DNA from: Haliotis rubra
Taxonomy: Eukaryota
Direction of reading: 5' to 3'
Assembly (NCBI RefSeq): GCF_003918875.1
Contig: NW_025767079.1
Location: forward strand, 2,852,001-2,916,000
DNA length: 64,000 nt
Below the pieces are notes generated by a model. It searched no databases, had not been told where the DNA came from, and saw only the letters and a list, made by a program, of their open reading frames with translations. Shown here in pieces: positions 26,408 to 41,189 of this stretch. The position numbers and the translations under genes were made by a program. The first letter of the stretch is position 1, and each line of letters begins with the position of its first letter.

Positions 26408-28029
26408 CTGTAATGTAGAAACAGCCCTCAATGATTATCAGGTCACTTAAAATACTTCACAACATTGAGGTGAGCTACATAACCTTTGCGTTATGTCACT
26501 TTTAATGACACAAGAGCCTGAAGTAAAATCTCAAAAGTGAAACAAAATATGTAACTTTGATCATTGGAACATTGCTTGGTCGCAACTAGTCAAGGATAAG
26601 GTAAGTACATATGACCAAATGCAGTTGGTCAATGTACTGCAGCCAAGTTATTTATCAATAAGATCAGGACGAGAACATAGACTATGGATACTCGCTTTGG
26701 AACGACCTCAGAACTTCATTGACATTGCGAGAATTACACGGCTAGGTGCAACTCCAATAGAATCAAAGGAATGTCTATGCGGAACAGTTGCTCACGACAT
26801 TATGAAACATGTTTTATGTCCTGCAAGTATAACCTAGTAGAAAGGGATTTCCCTGTTTGAAAGAATCTGTGACATCCTTGACAAAGACATTTTTGTTAAA
26901 ATGTGATTGAAGACGATGATCTATTCCTCCTTGGAGGGTTACCTGACCACTGTAAAGATGTATTAGTTGTAACATTTGGTCAGAACTGGTGGTAATCATT
27001 AGTTCCTCAGTTCGCAGATGGGAGAGCATTCTCCGGCAATGTTCATAAATACCTACAGATCTTTCACAATGGAACATCACTGTATAATTCAAGTACTAAT
27101 AATTTCCTGTACTGTTGTTTATCATATAAATGTTATATTCATTTTATGGAGGAAATAAAGAATATCTATCTATTTCCCATTTGTCAAATGAATCTTGGCT
27201 TTAACCAAATGAGCTTGAAATACAAACTATAACAGTGCAATGACTGTCTGCTGGGGATAGGTGCCTCACTCTGGAAGTCTGGGTTCAAATCCTGGATCGA
27301 ACTCAACCTGACAAAACTATTAAAATCTGTACTCTAGTCAGAAAGTGTAATCCCAAATCCCACTCATATGGGAAAACAATCCAATAGAAATACATTGTGT
27401 GTTGCGGAAAGTTTAACGTATTCTGTAAGTGTAATAAGTTTACTATAAACATGTATTTCAATGTGCCCATCCATTGCTGACTCACAACACATTTGCACTC
27501 TCATCCTACCTTACTGACAGAATCAAACCAACAAAGCTCACCGCATTCCATACAATTTTTTATGAAGCTTATTTGGCGAACATACCCATGATGTCTTTCA
27601 GCAGTCACAAGCAATCAAACGATTGCTTTTTCTCATTCGACCCGTGAAGATCCGGGTTAGAATAGATCTTCAACAACCCATGGTTGCCACAAAAGGCGAC
27701 TATGCTTGTCGTAAGAGGCGACTAACGGGATCGGGTGGTCAGGCTCGCTGACTTGGTTGACACATGTCATCGGTTCCCAATTGCGCAGATCGATGCTCAT
27801 GCTGTTGATCACTGGATTGTCTGGTCCAGACGTGATTATTTACAGACCGACGCCACATAGCTGGAATACTGCTGAGTATCGGTGTAAAACTAAACTCACT
27901 CACTCACTTTCTCCCATTCTCACACACTCAAACTAAACTCGTCCGTCGTACTTCTTACAACCATTCTTGTTAAACTCGTCCGTCGTAATTCTTACAACCA
28001 TTCTTGTTAAAACGTTTTACCAACCATAC

Positions 28030-28962
28030 ACATATCTTGCAAAATCTCTCAGCAGCCCCATCAATGTTTGTGAGAGCTTCCTTTCCGACTCATCTGGATC
28101 TGTTGAACTGATGGGGAAAACCTTTGCGAAATCACCCAAGATGGCTTCGCTGAGACCAAAAGTGTAATAGAGGTCTTTGCCATGATCCATCCCCTTGCCA
28201 TGACCGCTCATAAAGGATGGGACGTGGTCAAACACATACATGTAGGTCTTCTTCCCTGTTTTCAAGCTGCTGCTCAGCATTGAATGAGCCCTGGCAAAGA
28301 GCGTCCCTGGGGCAACCATTCCAGCATCACCAAGAGTGTTCATTCCTGCCTGAAGAGTAACGCTATGGCTTTGAGAGAGGGGGCATACACCTTAGCCACG
28401 GCCTGTGTCATGAAGAGGATGCTCCGAAATAAACCTGAAGAACCTCTAGGATGAAGATATTCCTGTAGAATGTCTTGTTCTGAACTGATGAGGATAATGA
28501 GGAGTGGAACAGATAATCAGCTGCATTGCTTACCACCGACGCCATGCAGTCCAGATTTTGGATACCTGCTTTAGATAACCTAGGGAGCTCATTAGTAACA
28601 ACGTGTCGTCTTTGACAAATATCCCATCAATAGTAGGTACAAAGTAGAACTCGACTAATGCTGTGACGGGTTCATTTCCCATTGGCCATGATGCTGCAGT
28701 CAACTTCTTGGCAGACACGATCCTCAGACAGGCGATCATGGATGCGGAATCGCTCTGGGAGGAACAGTTTACTTTTTGAGCCAGTTGTCTTGCATATTTA
28801 AGAGAGTTCCTTGTATAAGCCCATGAGGACGAGGCAGACCCGCTCTGCATGATTGTCCTCTGAAACAAACCCTTGGACGATGGGTTGAGCATTGAGGTAT
28901 TGCAAGGTAAACAACAAGGTGAAGACACCGATGAGAACCATTGTGTTTTGAAGAACGACCAT
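28030..28962 (-). pseudogene. First exon V7 with a large internal deletion
   Basis: Jumps from the signal peptide (NAQPI) to KGLFQR, losing GESAG; further frameshifts. Confidence 0.88.
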
Positions 28963-29851
28963 AGTCTTGAAGCTTTATTGCATATTTAATGTAACAGTCA
29001 CGTGTGTTGTGCAATCGCAATGGTAGTATAAATGGCTTTCATACAACATACCCTAGTTAACTCCTCTTTATCTGAAATGAAAAATCGGCCAGCGGCTTTG
29101 ATGCCTGTTTATGTTATTTTCTTCACTTTAACTGCAAAGGCCCTGTCCGCTCGTCCCGAGAACTAATTAGACTAGACACTGATTAGCTGATGAAGCACTT
29201 CGAACAAAACCCAGGAGAGGCACAACAGGAACAGCTGCTTGCTAACAATTCTGACCATATGATCGCCTGAACAAGATTCGATTATTTTCACTCTATAAAC
29301 ATCCAGATAATATTATCGCAAAGTGCGACATTAAACAAAAAACAACCAAAATGATCTTCGTTCTTAGCCCCGTTCCACGAGGCTGTCTTAGCGTCATGAC
29401 TGTTGTAAATCTTTGTTAAAACATGGACGTCATGGTCATCTTAACACTTGTTTTTCACTTTGTGAAACATAATTTTTGTGCCCAGTTCCATTCTAAGCCC
29501 TAATACTATAAGTATTACCTAGGGGGAAATGGAGACTTTTCTCAAGGAATAGGCCATACACCTGACTGCGAATTGATCATATCAAAAGAAGTGTGGTTTG
29601 CGTGACTTCATTCTGAGTTAATGGAGTTTTTTATTTGTCCAGGGCCCGTGAACCCTTAAAAGGGGACCAATGTTTCTTAGTAATTTCTGGTCCATAGTTG
29701 ATTATGAACAGGCTGGAATGCTGCCGAACGGAGCATCACACAACAGTCTTACAAACAAAATATTTACTCACTCTCTTTGTAACACATTAAATCTCAAATA
29801 GTTCACCACATTCCCGCGATTTTTCTTCCAAACAATATTTGAGATACCTAC

Positions 29852-30955
29852 CCATGTCTTGTGAAATCTGTGAGCAGTCCCATCACCGTATGCGCAATGT
29901 CCTTGTCGGATTGGTCTGGATCAGTTATATTGTATGAGTACGCTTTTGCCATAGCGACCACGTTTTGGTTGAGACCAAAAGTGTAATAGACGTCATCACC
30001 ATGATCCACCCCCTTGCCATGACCAATGATAAAGGATGGGATGTGGTCAAACACATACATGTAGGTCTTCTTCCCTGTTTTCAAACTGCTGGTCAGCTTT
30101 GAATGAGCCCTCGCAAAGAGTGTCGCGGGGACAACCATTCCAGCATCACCAAGAGTGTTCATTACTGCCTGAAGAGCTACCGCATGGCTTTGAGAGGGGG
30201 CATACACCTTCGCCACGGCCTGTGACATGTCAGAAGAAGATGTTCCAAAATAAACCTGAAGAAGTTCTGTCATGAAGGTGTTAATGTAGAATGTCTTGTT
30301 CTGAACCGATGAGGGAAATGACGTGTGGAACTGTTTATCAGCTGCTTTGGTCATGTTTTTAAAGATTTCTCCTTCATTGCCCACCAGCGACACCATGCAG
30401 TCCAGATTTTGAAGTCCTACCTGCTTCAGGTAAGTTTGGGAGTTCTCGGATCGTCTTTGACAAACACTCCATCAATAGTTGGTACAAAAAAGAACTCAAC
30501 TAATGCTGTGACGGGTTCATTGCCAATTGGCCATGATGCTGCAGTCAACTTCTTGGCAGACACGGTCCTCAGACAGGCGATCATGGATGCGGAATCGCCC
30601 TGGGAGGAAAAGTTCACTTTATGATCCAGTTGTCTCGCGTATTTCAGAGAGTTCCTTGTATATGCTCATGAAGACGATACAGACCCGCTCTGCATGACTG
30701 TCCTCTGGTCCTGCTGATTCTCCCATAAGGGTAATACTCTTGATGTCCCCGCCAAAAGATGCAATGGGTTTTTTAATCCATTGCAGAGCAAGATGCTGGT
30801 CCCAGATGCCATAGTTTCTCGCTGACACATCGTCCTCTGTGCTGAGGAACCCAAGCGGCCCAAGCAATATTGGATGGTCACAACTATGACCTGTACATGG
30901 GCAACGATCAGTGAAGATAGCATCCCCTGCGTCGAATCCCTCTCCATGAACCAGA
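29852..30955 (-). pseudogene. Chimeric first exon V8 (5' part from V5, 3' part from V11)
   Basis: Sequence switches parent within a 62-bp identical stretch at 30272-30333. Confidence 0.88.
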
Positions 30956-31241
30956 GTTTATTAGAACCAGTGGATCGTCTTTGACAAATACCCCATCAAC
31001 GTTAGGTACAAATTAGAACTTGGCTAATGCTGTGACGGGTTCATTTCCCATTGGCCATGATGCTGCAGTCAACTTCTTCGCAGACACGGTCCTCAGACAG
31101 GCGATCATGGATGCGGAATCGCTCTGGGAGGAACAGTTTACTTTATGAGCCAGTTGTCGTGCATATTTCAGAGAGTTCCTTGTGTGAGCCCATGAGGACG
31201 AGGCAGACCCGCTCTGCATGACTATCCTCTTGAACTAACCC
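30956..31241 (-). pseudogene. Internal first-exon fragment V9
   Basis: Copy of 24506-24791. Confidence 0.85.
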
Positions 31242-31502
31242 AATTGTCGATAATCTGATGTTGCAGTCGTTGCACAGCTGCCGATAATCTCATGGTGCAG
31301 TCGTTGCACAGCTGCCGGTAATCTGAAGCTGCTGTCGTTGCACAGCTGACCGTAATCTGAAGCTGCAGTCATTGTACAGCTGACCGTAATCTGAAGCTGC
31401 AGTCGTTGCACAACTGCCGATAATCTCATGTTGCAGTCGTTGACAACTGCCAATTATCTGAAGCTGCAGTCGTTGCACAGCTGCCGATTATCTGATGTTG
31501 CG
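31242..31502. repeat. 34-bp minisatellite, ~7-8 units
   Basis: Direct tandem repeats. Confidence 0.95.
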
Positions 31503-32639
31503 GCTTCTTCACAGTGTGATGGGAAAGGCATGTCGGCGGAACTGCGTAGGGATTTTCTAAGAATGCATCGCAGAATGTTCCAGACACTTTGTGCAATTCG
31601 AGTTCATTTTTAGAATGCCGGGGCATCGAGGTAGCCCAATGGTGAAAGCGTTTGCTTATTGGCCGAAGACCAGGGATTTTTTCCATTCTTGGGTTCATAG
31701 TGCTTTTTTCTGATGTCCCCTTTCAGAGCCGCGTAAAACCATATTCACTCACTTTCAGAATGTAGAATGATCAAGTCGGGTTCACAAACAAAGGCTCTTG
31801 ATAGAAGCTAATTTTGGTTCGAATCAAAGCCTAACGGTTCCTGGAATCTGAGTCAGAGAATACTGCGATGTATTAGGACAGCTGCCAACCGCATTAAGCA
31901 AATCAGTCCCTAATCAGGGAGTATTTATGAGCTGTTTATTTTAAACGGCAACTTAATTTTGCACAATTTTTGAAAGGACGTGTTCAGTAGATATCACCAT
32001 TGATCCGAACTAACATATTTAACAACTATCGTGAACATAAGTGCACAGATCGACACAACGCAACTCATGGATCAAATATTTTTAAACGGATATCAAACTT
32101 GATCGAGCAGCCTTGCGAAGCGTACGTAAAATACTGTTATAGGTTTTGGGAACATTTCATGGGTGTCTTTCATTATTCACCCCAAATTCAGATGGTTTGG
32201 TCTGTTGTGTGACGCCACACTCAGTAATATTCCAGTAATATGGTTTCAGTCTGTAAATAATCGAGTCCGAGCCAGACAACCCAGTGATCAACAGCAATGG
32301 CATTGATCTACCCAACTGGGAAACAATGACATGTGTCAACCAATTCAGCGAGCCTGACCTCCCGGTCCCGTTAGTCACCTCTTACGACTAGCGTGGGTTG
32401 CTGAAGACCAGGGCCTAGATTTTCGAAGCTCTCTTAGCGCTAAGATAGTCGTAAGTGCCATATCTTAACATTAACCGACTAAAACTAAATTCAACGCCGA
32501 TGAGATCAGATATATGAACTGTTTACAATGATATCTGCTCCTGACGGCTTTTACATTTGTAACTCATTTACACATTTAAATACCAATGAAATCCCACTTT
32601 TTTAATTCGAAAAGTCAACATCTTGCAGTCGTTGCATGG

Positions 32640-32859
32640 CTAACCGACAATGTTAGGGTTGGGGTCCTTCGTCGTGTGATGCTGGTTCTGTGCAGCTTGA
32701 AGGAGACGCGGCAGTGTCTGCGTCCATAAGGTGACCCGGTCCTTGTAGGGCTTGGATCCGACGGACATTGTGGTATTCAGCAGTAGATAGTGTTCCCCTG
32801 GCTCCGAGAACTGAGGCCAAGTCTGGTGCAGGCCATACTGTACAGCGTTGTTGGGATCA
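32640..32859 (-). CDS. Carboxylesterase terminal exon C4 (intact); probable partner of V11
   Basis: 220 nt; AG acceptor and TAG intact. Confidence 0.87.
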
Positions 32860-34483
32860 CTGTAATGTAGAAACAGCCCTCAATGATTATCAGGTCACTT
32901 AAAATACTTCACAACATTGAGGTGAGCTACATAACCTTTGCGTTATGTCACTTTTAATGACACAAGAGCCTGAAGTAAAAATCTCAAAAGTGAAACAAAA
33001 TATGTAACTTTGATCATTGGAACATTGCTTGGTCGCAACTAGTCAAGGATAAGGTAAGTACATATGACCAAATGCAGTTGGTCAATGTACTGCAGCCAAG
33101 GTTATTTATCAATAAGATCAGGACGAGAACATAGACTATGGATACTCGCTTTGGAACGACCTCAGAACTTCATTGACATTGCGAGAATTACACGGCTAGG
33201 TGCAACTCCAATAGAATCAAAGGAATGTCTATGCGGAACAGTTGCTCACGACATTATGAAACATGTTTTTATGTCCTGCAAGTATAACCTAGTAGAAAGG
33301 GATTTCCCTGTTTGAAAGAATCTGTGACATCCTTGACAAAGACATTTTTGTTAAAATGTGATTGAAGACGATGATCTATTCCTCCTTGGAGGGTTACCTG
33401 ACCACTGTAAAGATGTATTAGTTGTAACATTTGGTCAGAACTGGTGGTAATCATTAGTTCCTCAGTTCGCAGATGGGAGAGCATTCTCCGGCAATGTTCA
33501 TAAATACCTACAGATCTTTCACAATGGAACATCACTGTATAATTCAAGTACTAATAATTTCCTGTACTGTTGTTTATCATATAAATGTTATATTCATTTT
33601 ATGGAGGAAATAAAGAATATCTATCTATTTCCCATTTGTCAAATGAATCTTGGCTTTAACCAAATGAGCTTGAAATACAAACTATAACAGTGCAATGACT
33701 GTCTGCTGGGGATAGGTGCCTCACTCTGGAAGTCTGGGTTCAAATCCTGGATCGAACTCAACCTGACAAAACTATTAAAATCTGTACTCTAGTCAGAAAG
33801 TGTAATCCCAAATCCCACTCATATGGGAAAACAATCCAATAGAAATACATTGTGTGTTGCGGAAAGTTTAACGTATTCTGTAAGTGTAATAAGTTTACTA
33901 TAAACATGTATTTCAATGTGCCCATCCATTGCTGACTCACAACACATTTGCACTCTCATCCTACCTTACTGACAGAATCAAACCAACAAAGCTCACCGCA
34001 TTCCATACAATTTTTTATGAAGCTTATTTGGCGAACATACCCATGATGTCTTTCAGCAGTCACAAGCAATCAAACGATTGCTTTTTCTCATTCGACCCGT
34101 GAAGATCCGGGTTAGAATAGATCTTCAACAACCCATGGTTGCCACAAAAGGCGACTATGCTTGTCGTAAGAGGCGACTAACGGGATCGGGTGGTCAGGCT
34201 CGCTGACTTGGTTGACACATGTCATCGGTTCCCAATTGCGCAGATCGATGCTCATGCTGTTGATCACTGGATTGTCTGGTCCAGACGTGATTATTTACAG
34301 ACCGACGCCACATAGCTGGAATACTGCTGAGTATCGGTGTAAAACTAACTCACTCACTCACTTTCTCCCATTCTCACACACTCAAACTAAACTCGTCCGT
34401 CGTACTTCTTACAACCATTCTTGTTAAACTCGTCCGTCGTAATTCTTACAACCATTCTTGTTAAAACGTTTTACCAACCATAC

Positions 34484-35414
34484 ACATATCTTGCAAAATC
34501 TCTCAGCAGCCCCATCAATGTTTGTGAGAGCTTCCTTTCCGACTCATCTGGATCTGTTGAACTGATGGGGAAAACCTTTGCGAAATCACCCAAGATGGCT
34601 TCGCTGAGACCAAAAGTGTAATAGAGGTCTTTGCCATGATCCATCCCCTTGCCATGACCGCTCATAAAGGATGGGACGTGGTCAAACACATACATGTAGG
34701 TCTTCTTCCCTGTTTTCAAGCTGCTGCTCAGCATTGAATGAGCCCTGGCAAAGAGCGTCCCTGGGGCAACCATTCCAGCATCACCAAGAGTGTTCATTCC
34801 TGCCTGAAGAGTAACGCTATGGCTTTGAGAGGGGGCATACACCTTAGCCACGGCCTGTGTCATGAAGAGGATGCTCCGAAATAAACCTGAAGAACCTCTA
34901 GGATGAAGATATTCCTGTAGAATGTCTTGTTCTGAACTGATGAGGATAATGAGGAGTGGAACAGATAATCAGCTGCATTGCTTACCACCGACGCCATGCA
35001 GTCCAGATTTTGGATACCTGCTTTAGATAACCTAGGGAGCTCATTAGTAACAACGTGTCGTCTTTGACAAATATCCCATCAATAGTAGGTACAAAGTAGA
35101 ACTCGACTAATGCTGTGACGGGTTCATTTCCCATTGGCCATGATGCTGCAGTCAACTTCTTGGCAGACACGATCCTCAGACAGGCGATCATGGATGCGGA
35201 ATCGCTCTGGGAGGAACAGTTTACTTTTTGAGCCAGTTGTCTTGCATATTTAAGAGAGTTCCTTGTATAAGCCCATGAGGACGAGGCAGACCCGCTCTGC
35301 ATGATTGTCCTCTGAAACAAACCCTTGGACGATGGGTTGAGCATTGAGGTATTGCAAGGTAAACAACAAGGTGAAGACACCGATGAGAACCATTGTGTTT
35401 TGAAGAACGACCAT
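34484..35414 (-). pseudogene. First exon V10 with an internal deletion (copy of V7)
   Basis: Same deletion as V7. Confidence 0.88.
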
Positions 35415-36305
35415 AGTCTTGAAGCTTTATTGCATATTTAATGTAACAGTCACGTGTGTTGTGCAATCGCAATGGTAGTATAAATAGCTTTCATACAACA
35501 TACCCTAGTTAACTCCTCTTTATCTGAAATGAAAAATCGGCCAGACGCTTTGATGCCTGTTTATGTTATTTTCTTCACTTTAACTGCAAAGGCCCTGTCC
35601 GCTCGTCCCGAGAACTAATTAGACTAGACACTGATTAGCTGATGAAGCACTTCGAACAAAACCCAGGAGAGGCACAACAGGAACAGCTGCTTGCTAACAA
35701 TTCTGACCATATGATCGCCTGAACAAGATTCGATTATTTTCACTCTATAAACATCCAGATAATATTATCGCAAAGTGCGACATTAAACAAAAAAACAACC
35801 AAAATGATCTTCGTTCTTAGCCCCGTTCCACGAGGCTGTCTTAGCGTCATGACTGTTGTAAATCTTTGTTAAAACATGGACGTCATGGTCATCTTAACAC
35901 TTGTTTTTCACTTTGTGAAACATAATTTTTGTGCCCAGTTCCATTCTAAGCCCTAATACTATAAGTATTACCTAGGGGGAAATGGAGACTTTTCTCAAAG
36001 GAATAGGCCATACACCTGACTGCGAATTGATCATATCAAAAGAAGTGTGGTTTGCGTGACTTCATTCTGAGTTAATGGAGTTTTTTATTTGTCCAGGGCC
36101 CGTGAACCCTTAAAAGGGGACCAATGTTTCTTAGTAATTTCTGGTCCATAGTTGATTATGAACAGGCTGGAATGCTGCCGAACGGAGCATCACACAACAG
36201 TCTTACAAACAAAATATTTACTCACTCTCTTTGTAACACATTAAATCTCAAATAGTTCACCACATTCCCGCGATTTTTCTTCCAAACAATATTTGAGATA
36301 CCTAC

Positions 36306-37843
36306 CCATGTCTTGTGAAATCTGTGAGCAGTCCCATCACCGTATGCGCAATGTCCTTGTCGGATTGGTCTGGATCAGTTATATTGTATGAGTACGCTTT
36401 TGCCATAGCGACCACGTTTTGGTTGAGACCAAAAGTGTAATAGACGTCATCACCATGATCCACCCCCTTGCCATGACCAATGATAAAGGATGGGATGTGG
36501 TCAAACACATACATGTAGGTCTTCTTCCCTGTTTTCAAACTGCTGGTCAGCTTTGAATGAGCCCTCGCAAAGAGTGTCGCGGGGACAACCATTCCAGCAT
36601 CACCAAGAGTGTTCATTACTGCCTGAAGAGCTACCGCATGGCTTTGAGAGGGGGCATACACCTTCGCCACGGCCTGTGACATGTCAGAAGAAGATGTTCC
36701 AAAATAAACCTGAAGAAGTTCTGTCATGAAGGTGTTAATGTAGAATGTCTTGTTCTGAACCGATGAGGGAAATGACGTGTGGAACTGATTATCAGCTGCT
36801 TTTGCCATGTTTTTAAATATTCCTCCTTCATTGCTCACCACGGACACCATGCAGTCCAGATTTTGAAGTTCTACCTGCTTCAGGTAAGTTTGGGAGTTAA
36901 TTAGAACCAGTGGATCGTCTTTGACAAATACCCCATCAACAGTAGGTACAAAGTAGAACTCGACTAATGCTGTGACGGGTTCATTTCCCATTGGCCATGA
37001 TGCTGCAGTCAACCTCTTGGCAGACACGGTCTTCAGACAGGCGATCATGGATGCGGAATCGCTCTGGGAGGAACAGTTTACTTTTTGAGCCAGTTGTCGT
37101 GCATATTTCAGAGAGTTCCTTGTATATGCCCACGAGGACGAGGCAGATCCGCTCTGCATGATTGTCCTCTGAAACAAACCCTTGGACCCTGAGTACAAGG
37201 CCTGGAATGCCACACTAGCGGATCCTGCTGATTCTCCCATGAGGGTGATGCTGTTCATGTCCCCGCCAAAAGATGCAATGTTTTTCTTAACCCATTGCAG
37301 AGCAAGATGTTGGTCCCAGAGGCCGTAGTTTCCCGCTGACACATCGTCCTTTGTGCTGAGGAACCCAAGTGGCCCCAAGCGATATTGGATGGTTACCACT
37401 ATGACCTGTTCGTTGGCTACGATCAGTGAAGGGTCATAAGTGATAGCAGCCCCTGCGATGAATCCCCCTCCATGTATCCAGACAATTACAGGTATGTTAC
37501 TGGTGTCCGTAATTGAGGCTGGAGTGAAAACATTCAGTGTTAAGCAATCCTCGTTCCCAGTAACACTATTACTGCCAATCAAGTTGAAGGCCTGAAGGCA
37601 TGCTGGACCATACTTGTAAGCTTTGAAGGTATGGTTAAACCCAGGATGTGGCTGTGGTCGCTTGAACCGTCTACTCCCAGTAGGCGGTACAGCGAAGGGG
37701 ATTCCTAAGAATGCATGATAAGGTGTCCAGTCTTCTGTGACGTTTGTGGTCCCCTCAACTACACCCCACGGGGCGTCGATGACAGGCAGGGCGTTAAGGT
37801 GTTGCAGGGTTAACAGCAAAGTAAAGACCCCAATGAGAACCAT
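36306..37843 (-). CDS. Carboxylesterase first exon V11 (intact)
   Basis: ATG at 37843, signal peptide, GESAG, SNEG, VDHGDDV; donor GG|GTAGGT at 36306, phase 2. Confidence 0.9.
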
Positions 37844-38512
37844 TGTGTTGGTTTCAGGAACGACCACACTCTCGGGGTATTTTATGTGCCAGTTACTCGC
37901 TGTGTTTGTATAAATAGCGGAAGATAACGTCAACCTTATCTCCATTGTAACGTGTACTAGACAGATTGGACAATTCACATGTTCACAAATTGGGTTGGGA
38001 TTAAAGTCTCTCTGATTGCAGTTTATGTACATTTTCCCCAACTGAGAATTGGAAAGTATTTGCTCGCTCGTACCGAGAACAAATAACCGTCAACGTTGAT
38101 TGCTTGATCAGGCTGTTCATCTGATGGGACCTCCTTACCTACGGAGGTCTCATCCTATCATGTTGAAGGAAGGTAGGGAATTGAAGGCATTTCACGTGAA
38201 ATAGGCTTTATACCTGACTGCGAATAGATCATATTAAAAGAGATCGGGGTAACAGGACTTCATTTTGAGCTGCTTGGAGTTTTTAATTTGTCCGGGGCCA
38301 GTCAACCCTTCAAAGAGGACCAATGCTTCTTAGTAATTTCTGGTCCATAGTTGATTATGAACAGACAGTAATACTGACGAATGGTGCATCACACAACAGT
38401 CTTACAAACATTATATTTACTCACTCTCCTTGTAACATATCAACACATTCAAGCTCAAACAGTTCACCGCATTCCCGAGATTTTTCTTCTAAACAATATT
38501 TGAGATACCTAC

Positions 38513-39387
38513 CCATGTCTTGCAAAATCTGTGAGCAGTCCCATCACCGTATGTGCAATCTCCTTGTCGGATTGGTCTGGATCAGGTATATTGTATGAGT
38601 ACGCTTTTGCCATAGCAACCACGTTTTGGCTGAGACCAAAAGTGTATACGAGGTCTTCACCATGATCCACCCCCTTGCCATGACCGCTCATAAAGGATGG
38701 GATGTGGTCAAACACATACATGTAGGTCTTCTTCCCCGTTTTCAAGTTGCTGCTCAGCTTTGCATGTGCCTTCGCAAAGAATGTCGCGGGGGCAACCATT
38801 CCAGCATCACCAAGAGTGTTCATTACTGCCTGAAGAGTAACGCTATGGCTTGAGAGGGGGCATACACCTTAACCACGGCCTGTGTCATGTCAGAAGAGGA
38901 TGATCCAAATTAAGCCTGCAGAACTTCTGGGATGAAGGTGTTCCTGTAGAATGCCTTTTTCTGAACCGATGAGAGTAATGACGTGTGGAACTGTTTATCA
39001 GCTGAATTTGCGAGGCCTTTTAAGATTCCTCCTTCATTGCTCACCACGGACACCATACAGTCCAGTTTTTGAAGTCCTACCTGCTTCAGATAAGTTTGGG
39101 AATTCATTAGCATTAGCGGATCGTCTTTGACCAACACCCCATCAACGGTAGGTACAAATTAGAACTCGGCTAATGCTGTGACGGGTTCGTTTCCCATTGG
39201 CCATGAAGCTGCAGTCAACTTCTTGGCAGACACTGTCCTCAGACAGGCGATCATGGATGCGGAATCGCTCTGGGAGGAACAGTTTACTTTATGAGCCAGT
39301 TGTCTTGCATATTTAAGAGAGTTCCTTGTGTGAGCCCACGAGGAAGAGACAGGCCCGCTCTGCATGACTATCCTCTGGAACAAACAC
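38513..39387 (-). pseudogene. 5'-truncated first exon V12
   Basis: Cut at LFQR by the satellite; in-frame stops and a frameshift. Confidence 0.87.
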
Positions 39388-39992
39388 AATTACCGATAAT
39401 CTCATGGTGCAGTCGTCGCACAGCTGCCGGTAATCTGAAGCTGCAGTCGTTGCACAACTGCCGGTAATCTGAAGCTGCAGTCGTTGCACAGCTGCCGGTA
39501 ATCTGAAGCTGCAGTCGTTGCACAACTGCCGGTAATCTCATGTTGCAGTCGTTGCACAGCTGCCGGTAATCTGAAGCTGCAGTCTTTGCACAACTGCCGA
39601 TAATCTGAAGCTGCAGTCGTTGCATAGCTGCCGGTAATCTGAAGCTGCAGTCGTTGCAAAGCTGCCGGTAATTATAATCTGAAGCTGCAGTCATTGCACA
39701 GCTGCTGGTAATCTGAAGCTGCTGTCGTTGCACAGCTGCCGGTAATCTGGAGCTGCCGTCGTTGCACAGCTGCCGATAATCTCATGTTGCAGTCGTTGAC
39801 AGCTGCCAATTATCTGAAGCTGGAGTCGTTTCACAGCTGCCGGTATTCTGAAGCTGCTCTCGTTGCACAGCTGCCGGTAATCTGGAGCTGCAGTCGTTGC
39901 ACAGTTGCCGATAATCTCATGTTGCAGTCGTTGACAGCTGCCAATTATCTGAAGCTGGATTCGTTGCACAGCTGCCGATTATCTGATGTTGC
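39388..39992. repeat. 34-bp minisatellite, ~17-18 units
   Basis: Direct tandem repeats. Confidence 0.95.
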
Positions 39993-41189
39993 GGCTTCTT
40001 CACGGTGTGATGGGAGAGGCATGTCGGCGGAACTGCGTAAGGGATTTCTAAGACTGCACCGCAGAATGTTCAGAATGACACTTGGTGCAATTCACATTTT
40101 TACAAATGATGTAACATTACAAGAATGTTTCATAATCACACCTGTCTTTGAAATGAATACACAGTTATAGCACTTGTGCATGTTTAAGGAGTTCATTTTT
40201 AGAATGTTGGGGCATTGAGGTAGCCCAATGGTCGAAAGCGTTTGCTTGTCACGCCGAAGACCAGGGATCTTTTCCCTTCTTGGGTCCATAGTGCCTTTTT
40301 CTGATGTCCCCATTTCAGAGCCGCGTAAAACCAAATTCACTCACTTTCAGAATGTAGAATCGGGTAAACAAACCAAGGCTCTTGATAGAAGCTAATCTTG
40401 GTTCGAATGAAAGCCTAACGATTCCTGGAATCTGAGGCAGAGGATACTGTGATGTATTAGGACAGCTGCCAACCGCGTTAAGCAAATCAGTCCTAAGGGA
40501 GTATTTATGAGCTGTATATTTTAAACGGCAACTTAGTTTTGCACAATTTGTGAAATGACGTGTTCAGTAGATATCATAATTGATCCGAACTAACATATGG
40601 CTGTTCACATAAATATTTTAACAACTATGGTGAACATAAGTGCAGAGATCGACGCAACGAAACTCATGGATCAAATATTTTTAAACGGATATCAAACTTG
40701 ATCGAGCAGCCTTGCGAAGCGTAAGTAAAATACTGCTATAGGTTTTGGAAACATTTCACGGGTTTCTTTCCAAATTCAGATGGTTTGGTTTGTTGTGTAA
40801 CGCCGCACGCAGTAATACTCCAGTAATATGGTTTCAGTCTGTAAATAATCGAGTCCAGTCCAGACAGTCCTGTGGTCAACAGCAATGGCATTGATCTACC
40901 CAACTGGGATACGATGACATGTGTCAACCAATTCAGCGAGCCTGACCTCCCGATCCCGTTAGTCACCTCTTACGACAAGCGTGGGTTGCTGAAGACCAGT
41001 TCTAAACCGGATCTTCACCGGACTAAAACTCAACTCATATCAGCGCCGGTGAGATTAGATATATGAACTGTTTACAATAATATCTGCTCCTGACGGCTTT
41101 TACATTTATAACCCAATTACACATTTAAATACAAATGAAATCCCACTTTTTTTAATTCGAAAAGTCAGCATCTTGCAGTCGTTGCATGG

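Larger units (their letters stand above)
23823..36726. repeat. Near-identical 6.45-kb tandem duplication (23823-30271 vs 30272-36726)
   Basis: Identical ORFs recur at offsets of ~6449-6454; differences are mainly 1-nt indels. Confidence 0.92.

Noticed and set aside
37844-38041. 66-aa N-terminal extension of the 579-aa ORF
   Set aside because: Runs through the TATA/promoter region, is not open in paralogs, and the signal peptide starts at 37843
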